IMG/VR virus record: IMGVR_UViG_3300029288_000159
Location: 7,498-71,497 of that record
Direction: 5' to 3' (one strand)
DNA from: a virus
Taxonomy: Duplodnaviria > Caudoviricetes
Length of the DNA: 64,000 nucleotides
Shown: in pieces, positions 56,044 through 63,451 of the stretch
Position numbering within the stretch: the stretch's first letter is position 1
Layout of the letters: every line of letters begins with the position of its first letter
The notes under the pieces: generated by a model
Seen by the model: the letters and a program-made list of their open reading frames with translations, nothing else
Told to the model about the DNA's origin: nothing
The model's database searches: none
Position numbers and translations under genes: made by a program

Positions 56044-56880
56044 ATGAGCTGGTTTCGACTGGACGATCAAGGGGCATTTCATGCCAAGGTTGTTGGGGCG
56101 GGAAACGAAGCATACGGCGCATGGTGCCGTGCCGGGCAATGGTGTTCGCAGCATCTAACTGACGGGATAATTCCAGTATCGGTGGCGCGGACTATAGCCC
56201 CCATGAGAGTGTGGGAGAGGCTCTGTCACACAAATTTGTTGGAAAAAGTTTCGGCCGAGACCCTCGCGATCCACGACTTCTTGGATTGGAATCCGACGGC
56301 AGAAAGTGTGAAAGCTGAGAGGGCACGTAAAGCCAAAAACACGTCAGATCATCGATCTCGTAACCGGGGATGTAACCGGTTACATGACCGGTTAGTAACC
56401 GGAGCTGTAACCGGTAAGTCACCGGTGAGAAATCACGGTCCCGATCCCGATCCCGATCCCGATCCAGAAGAGAAAAGAGATCCCTGTGGTAGCTTCGGGT
56501 TAGGGGGTGCAGGGGGGGCACAGGGTTCGCTCGCCCTGACGGGCGAGCCCCCCAACGGACCCAAGCAGGCGAAGGCGAAGGCGTGTGCACGCAGGACGCA
56601 GGTGCCTCACGACTTCGCGCCAAATGCTGGTCACGACTCTCTCGCCAAAGAGCTTGGACTCGATCTCGCCGACGAGACTCCAAAGTTCATTGAACACCAC
56701 AGCGGCAAGGGAACGTTGATGGCTGACTGGAATATGGCTTTCCGAACGTGGCTTCGGAATGCGCCAGGGTTCGCTCGCAGCAAGCCAGCCGATCGAGCCA
56801 ATCTCATGCGTCAAATGGATGATCACATCGCGGAACTCGAAGAAGAAGAAAGGCAGGCAGCATGCTCAAATCAGAAGTAG
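56044..56880 (+). CDS. Phage replication initiator-like protein
   Basis: WFRLDD...AYGAWCR...TDG.IP...IHDFLDWN, DPDPDPDP linker, C-terminal DW..AFRTW. Confidence 0.72.
   Translation: MSWFRLDDQGAFHAKVVGAGNEAYGAWCRAGQWCSQHLTDGIIPVSVARTIAPMRVWERLCHTNLLEKVSAETLAIHDFLDWNPTAESVKAERARKAKNTSDHRSRNRGCNRLHDRLVTGAVTGKSPVRNHGPDPDPDPDPEEKRDPCGSFGLGGAGGAQGSLALTGEPPNGPKQAKAKACARRTQVPHDFAPNAGHDSLAKELGLDLADETPKFIEHHSGKGTLMADWNMAFRTWLRNAPGFARSKPADRANLMRQMDDHIAELEEEERQAACSNQK
56360..56425 (+). repeat. Iteron-like GTAACCGG repeats inside the initiator gene (candidate ori)
   Basis: Four exact and two variant copies at an 11-12-bp period. Confidence 0.6.
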
Positions 56881-57530
56881 GCAAGTTGGTGCAGATGCTC
56901 ATGGCGGCATATCCCAATTCGAAAGCCGACCCAAAGACGGCAGCTGTGTACGAGATGGCATTGACAGATCTGGACTTGGTGAAGGCGCAACGAGCCGTCT
57001 TGCGTTTGCTCTCGACAACCAAGTTTCTGCCTACCATTTCCGAAATCCGAGAAGCGGCCACAGCACTCGACATCGGACCTCGTCGCTCGGGAGCAGAAGC
57101 GTGGTGTGATGTGATGAAACAGATCGACGATGAAGGCGCCTACGGTACGCCGTCGTTCGACGATCCAATCGTCGCTGACATCGTGAAACAATGGGGATGG
57201 CGACGCCTATGCTTCGAAGGTTCTCTCGAGTCTGACCGTGCACGCTTTATCGAGACGTACGAAGCAATTGCGAGTCGACGACGGGAAGATGCTGTATCTG
57301 GCATCCCGCTTCCTCCGCCCAAGTATCCACCAAAGCAACAACAACTTCCTGAACCTGTTTCACCAAAGACTCCGCCGCAATTGGGAGAAGCTGCCGTGAA
57401 GTTCAGTTCTGAAGTGGCTCAAATTGGCAAGAGTCCTGTTCGGGACTTCGTCCCCAGCTCCGACGAGGAGTTGGCCGAGAAAGCGCGCAAGGACAGGGAT
57501 AGGCTGCTTAAGGAATTTGGAGACAAGTGA
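56862..57530 (+). CDS. Helicase loader/inhibitor (G39P-like) protein
   Basis: L.AAYP...YE.ALTDLD...FLPTISEIRE...AEAW motif. Confidence 0.68.
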   Translation: MLKSEVGKLVQMLMAAYPNSKADPKTAAVYEMALTDLDLVKAQRAVLRLLSTTKFLPTISEIREAATALDIGPRRSGAEAWCDVMKQIDDEGAYGTPSFDDPIVADIVKQWGWRRLCFEGSLESDRARFIETYEAIASRRREDAVSGIPLPPPKYPPKQQQLPEPVSPKTPPQLGEAAVKFSSEVAQIGKSPVRDFVPSSDEELAEKARKDRDRLLKEFGDK

Positions 57531-57865
57531 TATTGACCGGGAGGACGACGATGAACATCGAGGCAAAGAAGGAAGAACTCAAAGAACGGGACCTGTTGTG
57601 TTTAGTGTGCAAATGCGCAAAGCTCTACAATGTAACCGTCGATGAGATACTCGGCCGACGACGGCTGCATCGCATTTGCCATGCCCGCCACGTCATTTGG
57701 GCGACGCTCTACAACCGGGGTCATTGGAGTCTGCCGCAACTCGGCTTACTATTCGAGCGTGACCACACGACCATTCTGAACGGCGTCAATCGTATCTCCG
57801 GAGAAGAGATTGACGCCATCGATCCGCCCCCCCCTGACTCTCAACCCGCAGTACTCGCATCATGA
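57527..57865 (+). CDS. DnaA C-terminal-like HTH protein
   Basis: VTVDEILGRRR...HARH...SLPQLGLLFERDHTTILNGV. Confidence 0.8.
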   Translation: MILTGRTTMNIEAKKEELKERDLLCLVCKCAKLYNVTVDEILGRRRLHRICHARHVIWATLYNRGHWSLPQLGLLFERDHTTILNGVNRISGEEIDAIDPPPPDSQPAVLAS

Positions 57866-58740
57866 GCGCCATATCCAAGATCGAATGGACGGACGCAACG
57901 TGGAACCCAGTTCGCGGCTGCGCGATGGTTTCCGCCGGATGCGAGCATTGCTACGCGATGCGGCAGGCGCATCGATTCTCCGGCAAGGGGCAACCATACG
58001 AAGGACTCACTCGATTGGATATGCGTTGGGTGGGCCGTGCCCGCTTCGTTCCCGAGATGCTGCCTGTTCCGATGCGATGGGAGTCTCCTAGGCGAATCTT
58101 CGTTAACTCGATGAGTGATCTGTTCCACGGGGACATCACGAATCGACAGATCAGCGCTGTGTTCGCTGTGATGGCTGCATGTCCGCAACATACATTCATC
58201 GTCCTCACCAAACGCCCAAACGGAATGAATCGATGGTACGAGTTGCACCCGTTCGGCGGATACGCTTCGAAGGCAGTGCTCGATTACCGGAAGGAATTCA
58301 CTGACAGACAGTTGGATCGATTGACTCACGTTGGGTCATGGCCGCTCCCGAATGTATGGCTGGGTGTGAGTTGTGAAGATCAGTCAATGCTAGCGAAGCG
58401 CGTCTTGCCCCTTTTGCAAACGCCAGCAGCGATCCGCTGGGTGAGCTTGGAGCCACTACTTGCACCAATTAGATTCATTGCTAATCGATTCGATCCATTG
58501 GTTGGGATGGATATTGAGCGTCCCAACATCAGATCGAAGATCGATTGGGTTGTGGTCGGCGCTGAGAGCGGCCCAGGCGCGCGCCCAATGAACGAAGACT
58601 GGGTGCGCAGTATCCGAGATGAGTGCAAGGAGGTCGGCACCCCATTCTTTTACAAGCAGAAACTCGAGAACGGTCGCAAGGTTTCCTTGCCGTTCCTAGA
58701 TGGTTTGCGCTATGCGGAGTATCCAGGAGGACACAGATGA
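57862..58740 (+). CDS. Gp37/Gp68 (DUF5131) family protein
   Basis: SKIEWTDATWNPVRGC..VSAGCEHCYA...IFVNSMSDLFH...LTKRP...WVSLEPLL. Confidence 0.92.
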   Translation: MSAISKIEWTDATWNPVRGCAMVSAGCEHCYAMRQAHRFSGKGQPYEGLTRLDMRWVGRARFVPEMLPVPMRWESPRRIFVNSMSDLFHGDITNRQISAVFAVMAACPQHTFIVLTKRPNGMNRWYELHPFGGYASKAVLDYRKEFTDRQLDRLTHVGSWPLPNVWLGVSCEDQSMLAKRVLPLLQTPAAIRWVSLEPLLAPIRFIANRFDPLVGMDIERPNIRSKIDWVVVGAESGPGARPMNEDWVRSIRDECKEVGTPFFYKQKLENGRKVSLPFLDGLRYAEYPGGHR

Positions 58741-59801
58741 ACACTGAGAGTTCACAGATAGCAATTGCGGAGGAGTGTGAGCGAATCAAGAGCATGCTCC
58801 TCGAGAAGAATGCATCGTACGGGAATAGTGCACTCGAGCCGATACACGTCTTCGCGCCTAAGGCGGATGCACAGGCCGGGATCCGCTTTCGTCTAGACGA
58901 CAAGCTTACGAGAATCGCAAAGGGCGATGGTCGCTTCGACGAAGACACCATCGGCGACATCATCGGGTATCTCGTCCTGCTTCACATCGCAGAGCGAGCA
59001 TCTCCGGTCACCGAGACAGCTGCCCAATGTCCGCCCGTAGCGAGCAATCACGATGACGAGGTGGAGGTTCTCCACGAAGAGATAGAGCGGTTGACGAATA
59101 CACTGCACACGGCCGAATCTAATGCAGGGTTCCTTCTGCAATCGCGCAACTCGGAGATCGAGAGACTGAAACAGGATTTAGATCAAGCCAACCAATTCAC
59201 TGCATCCGCCAATGCAGCGGCCTTCTCGATGAAGAAGAAGCTCGATGAACAGTTGAAAGCAGAAAAGGAATTGCAGCGGAAAGCCTGCGAGGACTGTCAG
59301 CGGGAATGCGATGAGGCACGCAAGGAGCGTGATGAAGCTCGTGCAGCCATCGCCGAGTTGCACTCGCAAGCGTCGGTGAAGATAACGTCGCTTGAAGCGT
59401 GTGCGTCTAAGCTCGAAGCGGAGCGGGATGAAGCTATTGTGCAGCGCGATGCATTCCGCAACAATACTGCACTGGAGAAGGCAGTCTCAGAGCGCAACGA
59501 TGCATGGGTGCAGCTAAATGAACTAAGCGCGTCGCTCGTGAAGGCAATCGCACAGGAGAAGCACATCTCCGAGGACTACAATTCATGTTTCCGCCGCATC
59601 GTCCGAGAGCGCGACATCGCAATCAAAGAACGCAATGCTCTCATCCAGAAAGCACATACTGAACAAGAGCAAGTACAAGAGTGCATCATGAGAGCCGAAC
59701 GAGCCGAGCTGAGAGCAGCCAATGCAGAGCGACGATTCGCAGAGGCACAGGCAAGCATCAAAGTATTGAAGCAAGATACTGACAGCTCCATGGGGCCCTA
59801 A
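58737..59801 (+). CDS. Long coiled-coil protein with N-terminal EKNASYGNSAL domain
   Basis: Heptad-rich C-terminal two-thirds. Confidence 0.65.
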   Translation: MNTESSQIAIAEECERIKSMLLEKNASYGNSALEPIHVFAPKADAQAGIRFRLDDKLTRIAKGDGRFDEDTIGDIIGYLVLLHIAERASPVTETAAQCPPVASNHDDEVEVLHEEIERLTNTLHTAESNAGFLLQSRNSEIERLKQDLDQANQFTASANAAAFSMKKKLDEQLKAEKELQRKACEDCQRECDEARKERDEARAAIAELHSQASVKITSLEACASKLEAERDEAIVQRDAFRNNTALEKAVSERNDAWVQLNELSASLVKAIAQEKHISEDYNSCFRRIVRERDIAIKERNALIQKAHTEQEQVQECIMRAERAELRAANAERRFAEAQASIKVLKQDTDSSMGP

Positions 59802-60361
59802 TGAAAACAAGTATCATTGGGATTGACGGCGGATTCAGTTCGGTCGGCTGGGCAGTGCTCGAGTTGACTGCAACCACCGAAACCGAAACGCTCGTCAACA
59901 TGGGCGTGATTCGAACAGCAAAATCAGACAAGAAACTCAACGTGCTGAGTTCGTCGGACAGCTTCCGACGATGCCAGGAAATCGCCGTGGTGCTCGGCAA
60001 GGTGCTTGACCTGTACAGCCCCCGGGTGGTGGCGATCGAATCGCTCAGCCTCCCCCGCAACGCCGGAGTGAGCGCCAAGATTGGCATGGGCTACGGCGTC
60101 CTAGCGGCCCTCCTAAGCGCTCGGAGCCTGCCGATGGCCCAGGTGTCACCCCAAGGGGTCAAGAAGACTCTGGCGGGCTCCCAGAGCGCAAGCAAGGCAT
60201 GTGTCCAGGAGGCACTCGCGAAGAGGTTCGGGTCCCCATTTCAGAAAAGACTGGAAGAATTTAACAAGACTGTAAGGGAACACCCGGCGGATGCCCTCGC
60301 AGTGGCGGTTGCAGCCCTCACTTCTGAGGTGGTCAAGCTCGCTCGGAGTATGGCCGCGTGA
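59801..60361 (+). CDS. ruvC: RuvC-like Holliday junction resolvase
   Basis: IIGIDGG...VVAIE...EHPADALAVA with an intact acidic triad. Confidence 0.85.
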   Translation: MKTSIIGIDGGFSSVGWAVLELTATTETETLVNMGVIRTAKSDKKLNVLSSSDSFRRCQEIAVVLGKVLDLYSPRVVAIESLSLPRNAGVSAKIGMGYGVLAALLSARSLPMAQVSPQGVKKTLAGSQSASKACVQEALAKRFGSPFQKRLEEFNKTVREHPADALAVAVAALTSEVVKLARSMAA

Positions 60362-60628
60362 TGTCCGCCGCCCTTGCAAGCGCCCCCCTTGGCGCCCGCC
60401 TCCGCCCTTATCGCTCCGCTCGGGGCGCTGCTGCCCTCGGGCGGGGCCATGTGCCTGCCCAAATCGGCCGGTGGAAGATGCGTGTCGATTGCAAGGCCGG
60501 TAATTGGACCGGATATGCAATAAGAAAAGCAGATGGCACCTGGCAGATGTCTGTAACCATAAACGGAGAGATGCGTGTAGTGCGAGTCTACCCGACCCTG
60601 CAAAGACAGAACGTGAAGAGGATTATCA

Positions 60629-60907
60629 ATGAAAGAAAAGGGTAAAGTAGTAGAAGGTATCTGGTCCGGGCCGGCACCCATCTGCCCGCTCTGTCACCAG
60701 AGACAAGACATTCATCACAATGCGCTAAGTTGTATGCAACGCCAGATTGATGGGATGGCCGAGAGTATTAATAAGATGCGCGAAGTTATAACTGCGAATG
60801 TTCTAGTGATAACTACGCTTGACCAGCGCATCGCGTTGCTCTCGGCCGATCTCGACGACGAGCGGGACCGGGCAGAAAAAAGAGTGGCACTCAGCGAAAG
60901 TGGTTGA
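60629..60907 (+). CDS. Small zinc/coiled-coil protein
   Basis: CPLC...H...C followed by heptads. Confidence 0.5.
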   Translation: MKEKGKVVEGIWSGPAPICPLCHQRQDIHHNALSCMQRQIDGMAESINKMREVITANVLVITTLDQRIALLSADLDDERDRAEKRVALSESG

Positions 60908-60949
60908 AATCTCTTGCACCCTCCCGGGGTCGCGTGGTAGGCCGGGAGA

Positions 60950-61129
60950 GTGAGCAAAAAAGCTGGACCCATACGAACCACGCAGAAGAATCTTCGGCTC
61001 GCACCAGATGAGATGCGCAGAGCCGAGAAGGTTATGAACCATTACGGATTGGACCTTCAGGCTCTTCTTCGAATGCTCGTTAAGCAGGAGCATGATAGGC
61101 TTTTCTCACATGGCAAGGAGGCAAGGTGA
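60950..61129 (+). CDS. RelB/DinJ-like ribbon-helix-helix protein (59 aa), absent from the ORF track
   Basis: Manual translation MSKKAGPIRTTQKNLRLAPDEMRRAEKVMNHYGLDLQALLRMLVKQEHDRLFSHGKEAR; GGGAGA RBS; GTGA overlap with the Cas12f start. Confidence 0.75.
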   Translation: MSKKAGPIRTTQKNLRLAPDEMRRAEKVMNHYGLDLQALLRMLVKQEHDRLFSHGKEAR

Positions 61130-62550
61130 AGGTGAAGAAGAAGAAGAAGAAGGAGGAGGAAAAGGAGAAGGAGACGGGCACAGTTGTTCGTGTGCGGGCT
61201 GTGCGAGTGGAGATTGCAAAGCCTCTCGACATCCAGTGGCGAGAGCTGGACGATCTGTTGCGAGATAGACGAGCCGTAATGCATCGGCTGCTCAATGCAG
61301 GCGTGCTTCACATTGCTTCTCAGCGCTGGGCCGGGAATGAGAAACCGCGCGCGCTTGAAGCCATCAAGGCAGAATTGTCGTCTTGGCAAACGTGGTGCGC
61401 TGAGATGGGCGCCAAGACGAAGGATGAGAAAGAACGCATCAGACACGAACGTAGAGCGACGATGACATTGGCGTCGTCAATCACAGATGCACTGCAACAG
61501 CGGTGCGTTGACGCAGATCAACGGTGGCGCAAAAACAAGGGCAACGCCAGATTGCCTACCGCAAAACGTGGGGCTCCAATCTTCATCCGTGATGGTGGTT
61601 GGACGCTTGAGTCGGACAAGAACGGTTGGATCCTGTCGATGAGACTTGAGGGTGTCACCCCAACGAATCATCGTCCAGGCAAGGTCCGCGTCGCTTTGCG
61701 ACCGTCATCCGGAAAGCATCATGGCATTCTGCAACAGATGGTGAAAGGCTCAGTCAAGATAGGCAATTGCCAAGTTGTACTCGATGAGTCGACTGGCAAA
61801 TGGTACGCCATCCTAGCGTTCACTGAGGAGTTGAATCGAGCGGCCCCACCACGAGACGGTACCAAGACACTTATCGTCCATAGAGGGCAACGCAACTTTA
61901 TGTATGCCCTGTGCACCGACGGGCGAACGCGTATATTGCGCGGCAACAAGTTTGCGGCTCAACGATTGCATCTGAAGAGGAGAGCGGAGGCTTTCAAGCG
62001 TGTGTCAGCGTTCGAGCGTGGTGCCGGAGCCAAGGGGCATGGCACCAGACGACGGTACGAAACTCATGATGCTTTGGATCGGAAGCTCAAACGAGTCGTT
62101 CATACATATTGTCAGACTTCGGCTGCCTGGGTGTTCAAGGCCGCCAAGGATCTTGGCTGTGGACGCATCCTCATCGAGGACTATGGCGGTATAGAACAGA
62201 GCGACGAACGAGCTGAGCGCAGATTCTTGGATCACTTCCCGTACTACCAACTGGGGACGGCAATCAAGTGGGTCTGCAAGCGAGAGCAACTGGAGCTGTT
62301 GGAAGGTCCGGCAGCATTCATCTCGCAAACGTGTCCACGATGCAAGCATCAGGATGCTCGTCAACACAACACCCGAACCGGAGTGTTCCATTGCATCAAC
62401 CCAGACTGCGGATTCGACCGACCAGCAGACTGGGTAGCAGCATTCAATCAAGGTATCGCTTTTGGCATTGACATGAGTGAGATAAAGAAGATACTTGCTG
62501 CTCAAGAGAGGGTAGCGGCCGAAATCAAAAAGAAGGCAAAGGCGGCATGA
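61126..62550 (+). CDS. cas12f: Cas12f1-like type V effector with altered RuvC (H252-E351-D435); probably nuclease-deficient
   Basis: N-terminal RVEIAKPLDIQWRELDDLLR, GAKGHG, GCGRILIEDY, RFLDHFPYYQL, SQTCPRC...CINPDC...ADWVAAFN follow the AsCas12f1 layout as recalled; RuvC-I reads LIVHRG instead of xGIDLG; adjacent to the array. Confidence 0.85.
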   Translation: MKVKKKKKKEEEKEKETGTVVRVRAVRVEIAKPLDIQWRELDDLLRDRRAVMHRLLNAGVLHIASQRWAGNEKPRALEAIKAELSSWQTWCAEMGAKTKDEKERIRHERRATMTLASSITDALQQRCVDADQRWRKNKGNARLPTAKRGAPIFIRDGGWTLESDKNGWILSMRLEGVTPTNHRPGKVRVALRPSSGKHHGILQQMVKGSVKIGNCQVVLDESTGKWYAILAFTEELNRAAPPRDGTKTLIVHRGQRNFMYALCTDGRTRILRGNKFAAQRLHLKRRAEAFKRVSAFERGAGAKGHGTRRRYETHDALDRKLKRVVHTYCQTSAAWVFKAAKDLGCGRILIEDYGGIEQSDERAERRFLDHFPYYQLGTAIKWVCKREQLELLEGPAAFISQTCPRCKHQDARQHNTRTGVFHCINPDCGFDRPADWVAAFNQGIAFGIDMSEIKKILAAQERVAAEIKKKAKAA

Positions 62551-62555
62551 CGAGC

Positions 62556-62714
62556 AGGGCCGCGAATGCAGTTGTGATGGGTGTGCTGCCGCGACTCCGC
62601 GCGGCAAACGCGAGACCACGTTACGTGCTCGCGAACCTGGGGACACTCAGGACGATGGGGGATGCCCCATCAGCACCATGACCGCCCACCACACCTGCAT
62701 TCGCGGCCCTTCTG
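62556..62714 (+). ncRNA. tracrRNA-like structured RNA
   Basis: 16-bp perfect closing stem (62556-62571 with 62695-62710) enclosing four hairpins; 62671-62683 is complementary to repeat nt 21-33 (one G-U), 62684-62689 to repeat nt 7-12. Confidence 0.8.
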
Positions 62715-62735
62715 CGTTTGGCAAAAGGAGATAAC

Positions 62736-63362
62736 ATGTCATTCAACATGAAAGAGGCCACCCTGGAGCAAATCGTCGCTGAGGCTCTCGCTCTGAGAGC
62801 TAAAGCAGAGCGGTCGGCCGCTGAATATCTGGCGTTTCTGTATCAGTTCGAGTTGGAGCGTGAGGACCTGTGGAAGACTGCAGGTGTTGCAACCTACAGT
62901 CAATTCCTGAATTCGCATTCGCTGGTGAATACGTCGAGATACGACGTGTTCCGTAAAGGTGTGGAGAAGCTGGGCAGTGTGGCTCAGGCTATCGAGATAG
63001 GCGAGCCATCCACTGCAGAGGCAGGCAAGATCAAGGACCCCCTTGCTGTGCCAGTGTTTGAGGGGATCACGAAAGCGTGGATAGATATTCACGATGGCAC
63101 CGTCCCAAGTGAACAGACGGCAGAGTGCCATCGCGCGCAGGCCGAACCAAAGAAGTCTCCAGTGTTCTTCCGGCAGTCAGAACTTCATGAGTTGCGCGCA
63201 AAAGTGCAACAGTTGGCAGCCAGGAACAGGCAGCTGGAAGCCGACTTGAGAACGAAGCAAAAGACGATATACGAACTGCAAGCCAAGCTGGAAGGAATAG
63301 CTGCCAAGAAGGCTGCCAAGAGAGCGGCGCGAGTCGAAAATTCAGAAGGCGCGAGCGTCTAG
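62736..63362 (+). CDS. Unknown accessory protein (208 aa) between tracrRNA and array
   Basis: AAGGAG RBS; helical N-terminus with LWKTAGVATYSQFL; C-terminal basic coiled coil. Confidence 0.75.
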   Translation: MSFNMKEATLEQIVAEALALRAKAERSAAEYLAFLYQFELEREDLWKTAGVATYSQFLNSHSLVNTSRYDVFRKGVEKLGSVAQAIEIGEPSTAEAGKIKDPLAVPVFEGITKAWIDIHDGTVPSEQTAECHRAQAEPKKSPVFFRQSELHELRAKVQQLAARNRQLEADLRTKQKTIYELQAKLEGIAAKKAAKRAARVENSEGASV

Positions 63363-63451
63363 CAATTTGGATTCGGAATGCGGGCGTGGATGGAGACCCG
63401 CTCGCAATCCGGGCCGCAGGTCCTTGAAATCATTGTGTCTGTGGAGGGGCT
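63363..63451 (+). promoter_or_regulatory. CRISPR leader (short)
   Basis: Non-coding stretch before repeat 1 containing CTCGCAA and TTGAAAT, ending in GGGGCT. Confidence 0.5.

Noticed and set aside
59801-60361. RuvC gene as part of the CRISPR locus
   Set aside because: It is a standard stand-alone phage resolvase in the replication operon, with intact catalytic residues.
61129-61176. AAG/GAG simple repeat at the cas12f 5' end as a phase-variation tract
   Set aside because: Triplet units keep the frame; it only encodes a poly-Lys/Glu tail.
61126-62550. IS200/IS605 TnpB transposon interpretation
   Set aside because: No TnpA or recognisable IS ends; the protein follows the Cas12f1 layout and has an adjacent array and anti-repeat.
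63401-63430. CTCGCAATCC...TTGAAAT as a degenerate first repeat
   Set aside because: Only the first 6 nt match the repeat; treated as leader sequence.
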